64,000 nt of DNA from an uncultured Alphaproteobacteria bacterium (lineage in GTDB: Bacteria; Pseudomonadota; Alphaproteobacteria; Rs-D84; CACZYB01): assembly GCA_944390685.1 (NCBI GenBank), contig CALXQL010000008.1:15676-79675 (forward strand), in the 5' to 3' direction. Positions 50,219 to 58,315 of this stretch are shown piece by piece. Under the pieces are notes generated by a model. The model saw only the letters and a program-made list of their open reading frames with translations. It was not told the DNA's origin and ran no database searches. The translations under genes were made by a program, and so were the position numbers. How positions within the stretch are numbered: position 1 is the first letter of the stretch; every line of letters begins with the position of its first letter.

Positions 50219-50779
50219 ATGAAAAATTTTGATAAAAATGATTTCAAACTTTATATGGATATTTTACTTAAATGGCAAAAATCTATAAATCTCATTAGTA
50301 ATAATTCTATACCTAATTTATGGGAAAGACATTTTGAAGATAGTTTATATTTATATGATTATTTAAAAAATGAAAAAAATATTTTTGATATAGGTAGTGG
50401 GGCGGGCTTTCCTGGTATGGTATTAAGTATTGCTGGAATAAAAAATATAACTTTTATTGAAAGTGATAAAAGAAAATGTTTATTCCTTAATGAAATTAAA
50501 AGAAATTATAATCTTGATGTAAACATAATAAATGATAGAGTTGAAAATATATCTTATAAAAATAAAAATTGTATTATTGGACGGGCTTTTGCATCTGTTA
50601 ATAACTTTATTACTTTATGTTTTGGTATTGTTAATAAAAATACAAAAATGTTTCTACTTAAAGGTAATAATGTAATAAATGAAATAGAAGAAGCTAAACA
50701 ATCCTATTATTTTGATTATGATTTATATAAAAAACCGGATGGTTTTATACTAAAATTATCTAATATTTCAAAAAAATAG
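50219..50779 (+). CDS. rsmG: 16S rRNA (guanine527-N7)-methyltransferase RsmG (GidB)
   Basis: SAM-binding motif DIGSGAGFPG. 186 aa. Sits upstream of parAB. Confidence 0.9.
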   Translation: MKNFDKNDFKLYMDILLKWQKSINLISNNSIPNLWERHFEDSLYLYDYLKNEKNIFDIGSGAGFPGMVLSIAGIKNITFIESDKRKCLFLNEIKRNYNLDVNIINDRVENISYKNKNCIIGRAFASVNNFITLCFGIVNKNTKMFLLKGNNVINEIEEAKQSYYFDYDLYKKPDGFILKLSNISKK

Positions 50780-50791
50780 TTAATAAAAAAA

Positions 50792-50807
50792 TGTTTCACG
50801 TGAAACA
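50792..50807. promoter_or_regulatory. parS centromere-like site (perfect palindrome TGTTTCACGTGAAACA)
   Basis: Exact match to TGTTNCACGTGAAACA, 13 nt after the rsmG stop and 140 nt upstream of parA. Confidence 0.85.
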
Positions 50808-50885
50808 ATTTCTTTTTTTATTTTGTAAAATCAAATAGTTAATGTTTTTAATATTTCTATAATATTTTTAATTTTAATATTTTTA

Positions 50886-50914
50886 TTGCATTGTTTTTAA
50901 AAAAATATTATATT
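50886..50914 (+). promoter_or_regulatory. Sigma70-type promoter (TTGCAT-N17-TATATT) for parAB
   Basis: Hexamers with 17-nt spacing, followed by a strong RBS (TAGGAGG) before the parA ATG. Confidence 0.45.
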
Positions 50915-50946
50915 TAAACTAGGTTTTATAATTTTTAGGAGGAAAA

Positions 50947-51756
50947 ATGTCTTTATTTCAAAATACAAAAATCATTTCAATTACAAATCAAAAAGGTGGC
51001 GTTGGCAAAACTACTACTGCTGTGAATCTTGCTACTGCTTTGGCTTCCGTAAATAAAAAAGTATTAGTTATAGATTTTGATCCTCAAGGTAATGCAAGCA
51101 CCGGTTTAGGTATTGAAAATAATGAAAGAACTTGTGATATTTATTCTTTATTATTTGAAAAAAATTCTATAAATCAATCTATAAAAAATACAAAAATAAA
51201 AAATTTAGATGTAATACCTGCATCAATAGATTTATCCGCTGCTGAAATAGAATTATCCAATGTCCCAGAAAAAACTTTGAAATTAAAAAATATTTTTCAA
51301 CAAAATCCTGTGCTTTCTAAATATGATTATATTTTTATTGATTGTCCTCCTGCTTTAGGTTATCTAACCTTAAATGCTTTGGCTACATCAGATTCTGTCA
51401 TGATACCTTTACAATGTGAATTCTTTGCTTTGGAAGGTGTTAGTCATCTCATGAACACTATTCAATTAGTTCAACAAAATGTTAATCCAAATTTACAAAT
51501 AGAAGGAGTAATACTTACTATGTATGATAAAAGAAATAAACTTTCTGAATTAGTTGAAAAAGATGTTAAAAATTGTTTTGGTGAGTTTGTATTTAATACT
51601 CTCATTCCTAGAAATGTAAGAGTGTCCGAAGCTCCTTCACATGGAAAACCTGTTATTTTATATGATTTTGATTGTGCAGGTAGTCAAGCTTACATAAATC
51701 TTGCAGCAGAATTTTTAACTAGAAACGAAAACAATAATTTAAGAAAGGTGGCTTAA
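50947..51756 (+). CDS. parA: Chromosome partitioning ATPase ParA (Soj)
   Basis: Deviant Walker A NQKGGVGKTT. 269 aa. Confidence 0.95.
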   Translation: MSLFQNTKIISITNQKGGVGKTTTAVNLATALASVNKKVLVIDFDPQGNASTGLGIENNERTCDIYSLLFEKNSINQSIKNTKIKNLDVIPASIDLSAAEIELSNVPEKTLKLKNIFQQNPVLSKYDYIFIDCPPALGYLTLNALATSDSVMIPLQCEFFALEGVSHLMNTIQLVQQNVNPNLQIEGVILTMYDKRNKLSELVEKDVKNCFGEFVFNTLIPRNVRVSEAPSHGKPVILYDFDCAGSQAYINLAAEFLTRNENNNLRKVA

Positions 51757-51757
51757 T

Positions 51758-52669
51758 ATGAAAATTGAAAATAGATTAGGTAAAGGTTTATCCGCTTTTT
51801 TTGATAATAAAAATCAAGTGCCTGTTTTTAATCCTTCAAAAAATAATGATGCTCAAAATGTTCAAGAAGTTAAAAATAATCTTCAAAAAGAAGGTGTAGT
51901 TTATATTCCGGTTGGCAATATCGTTCCTAATCCAAATCAGCCAAGAAAAGATTTTAAAGAAGAACAACTTCGTGAACTTGCTTCTTCTATTGAAAAAAAT
52001 GGTCTTCTTCAACCTATATTAGTAAGAAAAACTCAAAATCCAGCTGTTTTTGAAATAATTGCAGGTGAAAGAAGATGGAAGGCTTCTAATCTTGCCGGTA
52101 TTTATGAAATACCTGCAATTGTAAAAGATTTTTCTAATAAAGAAACTTTTGAAATTGCTTTGGTGGAAAATTTACAACGTGAAAATCTTTCTCCTATTGA
52201 AGAAGCTAATGGTTTTAAAAAACTTCTTAATGATTTTAATTATACTCAAGAAGATGTAGCTAAACTTATAAATAAAAGTAGATCTTATGTAGCAAATATT
52301 TTACGTTTGCTTTACCTTCCTGATGAAGTGCAAAAAATGGTTTCTAATGGTGATTTATCTTATACTATCGCTAGAACTTTGATTGGAACAGAAGATCCTT
52401 TAAAAATGGCTAAATCTATTTTAAAAGGTGATTTGAATGTTAGAGAAGCTGAAAAAATTAAAAAAGAAAAAGTTTCTAAACCTAAAAAAGATATTTCTAA
52501 TAATAATGAGTTAGATAGTGAACTACTTTCTTTGAAAGAAAATTTGTCTTCTCTTTTAAATTTAGATGTAGATATCAAATTTAAAAATAATAAAGGTGAG
52601 ATTGTGATTAAGTTTGGTAATTTAAAAGAACTTGATAACATCATGACTAAACTAAATAATAATATATAA
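51758..52669 (+). CDS. parB: Chromosome partitioning protein ParB (Spo0J)
   Basis: ParB box GERRWKAS, an HTH (QEDVAKLINKSRSYVAN) and a C-terminal dimerisation region. Confidence 0.95.
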   Translation: MKIENRLGKGLSAFFDNKNQVPVFNPSKNNDAQNVQEVKNNLQKEGVVYIPVGNIVPNPNQPRKDFKEEQLRELASSIEKNGLLQPILVRKTQNPAVFEIIAGERRWKASNLAGIYEIPAIVKDFSNKETFEIALVENLQRENLSPIEEANGFKKLLNDFNYTQEDVAKLINKSRSYVANILRLLYLPDEVQKMVSNGDLSYTIARTLIGTEDPLKMAKSILKGDLNVREAEKIKKEKVSKPKKDISNNNELDSELLSLKENLSSLLNLDVDIKFKNNKGEIVIKFGNLKELDNIMTKLNNNI

Positions 52670-52722
52670 TAAGTTAGTTTTTGTTGGGCTTGTTAATTAT
52701 GTTTATTATTTTTTATTATATT

Positions 52723-52894
52723 AGTTATTAACATTTATTTTTTCTTTTTGATATAAAAAATCCCTAATTTTAGGGTTTTTTTTGTTAGTTATTCACAGAT
52801 TTTATTTTTTATAATATTTTATTAACATGTGTATAAATTTGTGTGTCTTTTTTAGATATATGTTTTATTGTGAATTTCTTTTAAGTTATTAACA
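52723..52894 (+). repeat. Array of direct AGTTATTMACA repeats (DnaA-box-like TTATNCACA variants)
   Basis: AGTTATTAACA at 52723 and 52884, AGTTATTCACA at 52787 (TTATTCACA fits TTATNCACA exactly) and TTTATTAACA at 52818. All share one orientation and lie in a 230-bp gap between convergent genes. Confidence 0.6.
52762..52783. terminator. Intrinsic terminator after parB (flanked by an A-run and a T-run)
   Basis: Hairpin CCCTAA-TT-TTAGGG followed by T8 and preceded by A6. Confidence 0.65.
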
Positions 52895-52899
52895 ATTTA

Positions 52900-53583
52900 T
52901 TAAATTTTTATTTCTTCTAAACTATAATTTAGTGATGATTGGATTTCATTTAAGTGTTTATCCAACATTGTTAATTTGTTATTTTCATATAAAAAGTTCA
53001 TGGTTTCTTCATCTTTGTTAAATGGTTTTAATTGATATATTATTGTTTTATTTTTTCCTTTTAATGTATTTTTTTTACCATTCATATTAAATGTAATATC
53101 TTTTCCTTTTTCGCCTTCTATATATGTTAATGAAGCTTTAAATATACCATCATTGTTATTTAAATCGTATATGGTAATGTCATATATTATTCCTGGATTT
53201 GATGCTGCGGGTAAGGTGCCTTTATATTGTTTTATATCTTTTATTTTTAAATATTTTATTTCGTAGTTAGTATTTTTATTTAGTATCATATAAGTTGGAG
53301 TAATTTCTTTTATTGTAAAATTATCTTTAAATTCAATTGTTTGTCCGTTTCCTATACTTTTACCTGTTAGGGTTAATATATTATCTTTTATTTCCCATGT
53401 TTCATATTGTAGAGTTGCCATATTTATTGATTGGGCTTTGTTTTGTGGAGATAAGCTAATTCCTTGGATAAAATTATTATTGAGTGCATTTTCTTCTATC
53501 CAATTACCTATAAATTTATTATTATTATTTGAGCAAGATGTTAATAAAAATAATATACTTATAATAGTTAAAAATTTTTTCAT
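52900..53583 (-). CDS. Lipoprotein with a lipocalin-like N-terminal domain and an NlpE_N-like C-terminal domain lacking the CXXC
   Basis: Lipobox LLTSC (start at MKKF, 53583). GNW.. lipocalin-like beginning. The second half (YKGTLPAASNPGIIYDITIY..YENNKLTMLD) resembles the NlpE N-terminal domain without its cysteines. Confidence 0.55.
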   Translation of the reverse strand: MKKFLTIISILFLLTSCSNNNNKFIGNWIEENALNNNFIQGISLSPQNKAQSINMATLQYETWEIKDNILTLTGKSIGNGQTIEFKDNFTIKEITPTYMILNKNTNYEIKYLKIKDIKQYKGTLPAASNPGIIYDITIYDLNNNDGIFKASLTYIEGEKGKDITFNMNGKKNTLKGKNKTIIYQLKPFNKDEETMNFLYENNKLTMLDKHLNEIQSSLNYSLEEIKI

Positions 53584-53686
53584 TTTATCCCCCATTCATA
53601 ATATAAGTATAGTATTTTTGGGTATTATTGTCAATATGGAGTAAAATTAGATAAAAATTAAGAGGGAGATTTAACTCCCCCTTTTT

Positions 53687-54166
53687 TTATTTGCTTTTTA
53701 TTTCAATTTTTCTTACGGATTCTTTTGCTTTTTCCGTTTTTGGAGCTTCTATATTTAAGATACCTTTTGTAAATGTTGCATTTATTTTATTTGTATCTAT
53801 ATCTGTTGGAAGGGCTATTGTTCTTTGTACCATTCCATAACTTCTTTCACTGAAATAATGGTGTTTGCCTTTTTCTTCATTTGAAGATTTCTTTTCTCCT
53901 CTTATTGTTAAATAACCATCATTTGTTATGTTTAATTCTATATCTTTTTCATCCATTCCTGGTAATTCAACGGATATTTTTATATCTTTATCTGTTTCTA
54001 TTAATTCAATTTTTGGTTCAATAAACATTTCATTTGCTGTTGCAAGTGGAAAGTCAAAAATATCCAAAAAGTTATCAAAAACTTTATTTACTTCATTTTG
54101 AAGCATGCCATAACCATTATTATAATTTTTATTTGTTAATGATTTATTGTTTTTATACCATACCAT
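53687..54166 (-). CDS. Hsp20/alpha-crystallin family small heat-shock protein
   Basis: Alpha-crystallin domain (DIKISVELPGMDEKDIELNI..LTIRGEKK..ERSYGMVQRTIALP..GILNIEAPK). Strong AAGGAG RBS. Confidence 0.9.
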   Translation of the reverse strand: MVWYKNNKSLTNKNYNNGYGMLQNEVNKVFDNFLDIFDFPLATANEMFIEPKIELIETDKDIKISVELPGMDEKDIELNITNDGYLTIRGEKKSSNEEKGKHHYFSERSYGMVQRTIALPTDIDTNKINATFTKGILNIEAPKTEKAKESVRKIEIKSK

Positions 54167-54203
54167 TTTTTATCTCCTTATATTTGTTCTTGTACATTTA
54201 TTT

Positions 54204-54233
54204 ATATAAGGAATGGTTGGAATGTTTTTCAAG
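54204..54233 (-). promoter_or_regulatory. Candidate sigma-32 (RpoH) heat-shock promoter for hsp20
   Basis: The minus strand reads CTTGAAAAACATTCCAACCATTCCTTATAT, i.e. CTTGAAA plus CCTTATAT, resembling CTTGAAA-N13-15-CCCCATNT. The spacing is 1-2 nt longer than consensus. Confidence 0.4.
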
Positions 54234-54286
54234 GATTTAAGATTTTATTCTTAAAAATTTATTGTAAAATCAATATGATATTTTTT

Positions 54287-54363
54287 TGGTGGAGATGATG
54301 GGAGTCGAACCCACGACCTCTACAATGCCATTGTAGCGTTCTAGCCAACTGAACTACATCCCC
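54287..54363 (-). tRNA. tRNA-Ala (anticodon GGC)
   Basis: Reverse-complement cloverleaf: acceptor GGGGATG/CATCTCC with the G3-U70 Ala identity pair, anticodon stem CTACA/TGTAG with loop ATGGCAT, T arm GTGGG-TTCGACT-CCCAT, and an encoded CCA. Confidence 0.9.
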
Positions 54364-54365
54364 GT

Positions 54366-54662
54366 TTAATATTCGTCATCGTTCATATAGTTATGTTTAT
54401 GTGATATGGTATCATCGTCTTCCATATCAAAGAACATTTCTGATTCTGATAAATCCATTTCATCCATATCTATATTATCAATGATTTTTGTTTCTTCTTC
54501 TGTAATTTTGGATTCTGCCTTTTTCTTTTTTCTTATGAATTCCATTTCATCTTCTTTTGAAAGGGATTGTTTACATTTTGGGCAATTGATTACTTCTTTG
54601 TTCATGTCATAGAACATTGCATTACAGAAAGGACATATGTGTTTTTTTCCTCTTATATCCAT
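54366..54662 (-). CDS. FYDLN_acid (TIGR02300-like) zinc-ribbon protein with an acidic tail
   Basis: CPFCNAMFYDMNK..CPKCKQ zinc ribbon followed by a very acidic C-terminus. Confidence 0.75.
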   Translation of the reverse strand: MDIRGKKHICPFCNAMFYDMNKEVINCPKCKQSLSKEDEMEFIRKKKKAESKITEEETKIIDNIDMDEMDLSESEMFFDMEDDDTISHKHNYMNDDEY

Positions 54663-54735
54663 TTTTAACCTCTTTGTTGTTTAAAGGTTTATTATCAATG
54701 AAAATATATATATATATTAAAATGTCAAGCCTTTT

Positions 54736-55389
54736 TTACCAATCATTACAACTTTCTTTTACTTTTATGTATTCTTCTTTGCTATCATATTTTTGATTTT
54801 TTGTTATTATTGTCTTTAATAATCTTTGTTTTAAGAGTTTTATATTTTCATTGTTATTTATCATTATGTCAATGTTTTTTCTTAATTCTTTTTCATTTTT
54901 TATTGTGTTTATATAGAAAGAATGGTTTGTTTCAAGTAGGTATTTCAATTCTTCTATTATTAATTTTGCATAATATTTGAGTTCGTTTTGATAAATTTTT
55001 ACATGAGTTTTTTCATGTTTTTTTATTGCATCATATTCGCAAGTATCTTTTTCATATTTATCATCAATTAGGACTTTTAAATCTTTATATCCTATTTCAA
55101 AATTAATTTTACTTATATTTATACAATAACCATCATTTATTTTGTTTGTTGAGAAGTTTATTGAATAACCTATACTGAAATTGGCAATAGTTAATCCCAT
55201 AGTATTAAGGGGGTTTTTTAGTCCTGTGATTTTTATTATATTTTGTTTTGGGGTAGAGATATAATTTGGTGTGCCATAATTTATTGTTGTAATTATTTCA
55301 GGTAATGGGTATTGAGGGCATAATTCATTATTAGCAAAGCTTATTTTGCTGGTTAATAATAATGTTATTAGAAATATTGTTTTTTTCAT
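54736..55389 (-). CDS. Secreted DUF922-like predicted Zn-dependent protease (HExxH)
   Basis: Signal peptide MKKTIFLITLLLTSKISFA (start at the M16 of the track ORF, 1 nt after the virB4 stop). The core GYCINISKINFEIGY..CEYDAIKKHEKTHV resembles DUF922/COG5661 with an HEKTH motif. Confidence 0.6.
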   Translation of the reverse strand: MKKTIFLITLLLTSKISFANNELCPQYPLPEIITTINYGTPNYISTPKQNIIKITGLKNPLNTMGLTIANFSIGYSINFSTNKINDGYCINISKINFEIGYKDLKVLIDDKYEKDTCEYDAIKKHEKTHVKIYQNELKYYAKLIIEELKYLLETNHSFYINTIKNEKELRKNIDIMINNNENIKLLKQRLLKTIITKNQKYDSKEEYIKVKESCNDW

Positions 55390-55390
55390 T

Positions 55391-57826
55391 TTATGTAAAT
55401 GAATCCAAGTAAACATCAACAAATTTATTGCCATGTAATTTTCTTAATTCTTCGGCAAGAAGAACAGCTTTTCTTCCACTATTAAATAATTGTATGTATG
55501 GACCAAGGCCAGATAAATCAATATTTAATATTACAGATTCATCAATTGTTGGTTTTCTAAATAATATAGCGTATTTCAAATCTTTATATATTTTTCCTTG
55601 GATAAAAGACATTTCCTTTGGAGTTAGATTCCAACTTTCGTAATCTTCTGGTCTGGCTTGGACATTTCTAAAAAATATTTGGGTTTGGCATTGTCCTCTT
55701 ATTACCTCACCTATACCCAATTTATCCAAAATGTTTGGTTGTTGGAATGCAGCAAGGTATGCTTGGCGTTTTTTTCTTCCTTCCTGTAATCCTGTTATGA
55801 AATTTTGCCTAAATACAGGGTTTGATAGCATAGGTGCCGTTTCATCAATTATTATCAAACTTGGATCACCTGTTCTTCCTGTTATGTTTTGTATTCTATT
55901 CATTAAATAACTTACAACCGCAGGAGCAAGTGTTTCATCTTCAAAAATATATGTAAAATCAAAGGCATTGAAACGATTAGATAAATCCAAACTATCGGAT
56001 TCACTATTAAATAATTGTCCATATTGATTATCATCAACCCAACGAAATAGTTCACGACGCATCTTTCCAGCAGGTGAAAAACATGATTTATATAAGTTTT
56101 TAAGGCTTCTTTTATTTGGTTCAAGGTAATCAAATGCTGTTGTGATGGCTCTTGCTATTTCAGATTCACTGTTGGCATCATTTACAAGTGTGATTTCCTT
56201 TAACCATCTTCTTAAAAATGCACGATTTTCAGGTGTGTCATCTATTCTAAATGGATTAAGGTAAGTTTTTATTCCTCCCTTTTGGACATCTTTATCTTTT
56301 GTATCACCTTCAAAATTTATGTAGGAGCCGTTTATAGCAGATGTGAAAACTTCAGCTCCTCTATGTCTATCAAAAAAGAATACTTTTAAATCCTTGAAAC
56401 GAAGAGCTTGACCAGCTAAGAATGAATAAAGGGTTGTTTTTCCTTGTCCGGTTGGTCCTATGGCTATTGTATGGGCAACAGCACTAGCTTCTTCACTTAC
56501 ATGAAATTCAAATTGATATGCAGTTCCTTGATAAGTTGGAAATATTGCAATAGGTCCGTTTCCCCAATCACATTTTGATAATCCCTCTGGTTGGCGTTCA
56601 AAATTGAAACTGGTTGCAACTGCACGGGATAACATCTTATACATTCGTGGGTATTTATCATAAGTTGGAAATTGTGAAAACCAGGAAGCCTGTGCAACCC
56701 AACCTTCCCTTATAGGGGTTATTCCATATAAACGGCATATTTTTTCAATTTCAAATACTGCTTTGTTTAATTCTTCTAAGCTTTCTCCAGTTATGAAAAA
56801 TGTTTCAGCATAGTTTACAAGTGTTTGGTGATCTTCATCATTTTGCTCTATTAAGGCTAAGGCGTCGTCAAATTGTCTTAATACATCGTATGAAAAAGTG
56901 CTGGAATTAGCCATACGACGTTGATTTATTAATATCATTTGTGCCTTCATTTTTGGTATAGGAAATAAATTATGTAATACACTTAATTCATAATTTAATG
57001 CCAATATATCAGATAGCATTTGTTCATCAACGGTATTTGATTGTTGTTTTATTCCAACAACAGCCATATATTTTTCTTTATTTCCAGAACGAAATCTTAT
57101 ATATCCTTTATTGGAAAAAAAGATTTCATCTGAAACCATTATTTCCGATATGTTATCATATATTATATTTGTTGATTTTGGATTAGGGCGAGATATAGGA
57201 TTTATTATATGAGCAAAAAAAGTTAATGGACTTTCGCTATTGTCTTCTTCCTTTAGTATATTTACACCATAATTTGATAAAATAGCCTCTAAATTTGCGG
57301 TGGCTGTATCTAAATCCTTTAAAGCATCTTTTCTATCGTTTACAGATAAAACTATATAATGGGTATTTTTGAAGATATCTTCTTGTGATTGGTTCCATTT
57401 TTCCGATATTTCTTTTAAAACTTTATTATCTTGGTTTATTAATTTTTCGGTTTGAACTCTTTCCCTTAGTGTAAAAATACGACTTTCAATACTTATTTCG
57501 GATAAACTATCAATCCATTTTTTTCTTTCTTCCAATAGAGATTCTATTGTTTCATGACGGGCAAAAGCTATACTTGCCCCAGTGATTTTGAAAATTCTTA
57601 CCAAACTTCCATTTGAACATAGTATAGTTTTTTTATCATCTAATAATTTTTCAAATGGGAGATAGTCAACCAATCTTGTATCGTAAGGGCGAGGTAAAAA
57701 TATATTTACCTTTTTGGTTAAAAATAGGCTTGTCAATATTGCAATAGATAAAATACCAAGAATCAGTGAAATTATGTATGTATTGCTTAAATTATTTAAT
57801 AATATTTGTGTTAAATCAAAATTCAT
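55391..57826 (-). CDS. virB4: Type IV secretion system ATPase VirB4
   Basis: 811 aa with an N-terminal TM segment, Walker A GPTGQGKTT and Walker B (SLIIIDE). CagE/TrbE/VirB4 family layout. Confidence 0.9.
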   Translation of the reverse strand: MNFDLTQILLNNLSNTYIISLILGILSIAILTSLFLTKKVNIFLPRPYDTRLVDYLPFEKLLDDKKTILCSNGSLVRIFKITGASIAFARHETIESLLEERKKWIDSLSEISIESRIFTLRERVQTEKLINQDNKVLKEISEKWNQSQEDIFKNTHYIVLSVNDRKDALKDLDTATANLEAILSNYGVNILKEEDNSESPLTFFAHIINPISRPNPKSTNIIYDNISEIMVSDEIFFSNKGYIRFRSGNKEKYMAVVGIKQQSNTVDEQMLSDILALNYELSVLHNLFPIPKMKAQMILINQRRMANSSTFSYDVLRQFDDALALIEQNDEDHQTLVNYAETFFITGESLEELNKAVFEIEKICRLYGITPIREGWVAQASWFSQFPTYDKYPRMYKMLSRAVATSFNFERQPEGLSKCDWGNGPIAIFPTYQGTAYQFEFHVSEEASAVAHTIAIGPTGQGKTTLYSFLAGQALRFKDLKVFFFDRHRGAEVFTSAINGSYINFEGDTKDKDVQKGGIKTYLNPFRIDDTPENRAFLRRWLKEITLVNDANSESEIARAITTAFDYLEPNKRSLKNLYKSCFSPAGKMRRELFRWVDDNQYGQLFNSESDSLDLSNRFNAFDFTYIFEDETLAPAVVSYLMNRIQNITGRTGDPSLIIIDETAPMLSNPVFRQNFITGLQEGRKKRQAYLAAFQQPNILDKLGIGEVIRGQCQTQIFFRNVQARPEDYESWNLTPKEMSFIQGKIYKDLKYAILFRKPTIDESVILNIDLSGLGPYIQLFNSGRKAVLLAEELRKLHGNKFVDVYLDSFT

Positions 57827-57835
57827 TTTTCATTC

Positions 57836-58165
57836 CTATGGGGTAAATTTATTACCATTTTCCTTTATCATATTTTTTGTTTTTACTTTTATATTGCTTC
57901 TAGCCCTTAATAAATTATCAATATGAGGTTCCTTTTTGGCGACTAAAATCAATATGGCGTGTATTATCATTATTCCAATTATTGGAACCCATACATATCC
58001 AATGTAACCAAATGAAATGCAATATAATATGCCAACAATTCCAAATAATAAATTTATTATGGTAAGACCAAATGGTGCATAGAAAATTAAACTTGGATAT
58101 GCAATTGATTTTAATAATTCTTCTTTCAAAATTTCCCCCTCTTTATTTATTTCAAATTTTAACAA
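57836..58165 (-). CDS. virB3: Type IV secretion system protein VirB3
   Basis: 109 aa with two TM helices. The N-terminal motif LLKSIAYPSLIFYAPFGLTI parallels the VirB3 motif (LFKGxTRPxMxxGVP). Lies 10 nt upstream of virB4. The only in-frame start is TTG at 58165. Confidence 0.75.
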   Translation of the reverse strand: MLKFEINKEGEILKEELLKSIAYPSLIFYAPFGLTIINLLFGIVGILYCISFGYIGYVWVPIIGIMIIHAILILVAKKEPHIDNLLRARSNIKVKTKNMIKENGNKFTP

Positions 58166-58315
58166 AATTTATCTTTTAAAACAAGAGAAATTTATCTTTT
58201 CTTGAATATATTCAAATAGATTTTTGTTTTCCTTTTTTTATAATGTTTTTAGGAGGCTTTTATGGGGTGGTAATGAAGGTATTAATTGGGCTTTACATTT
58301 TAATGATAAGTAGTG

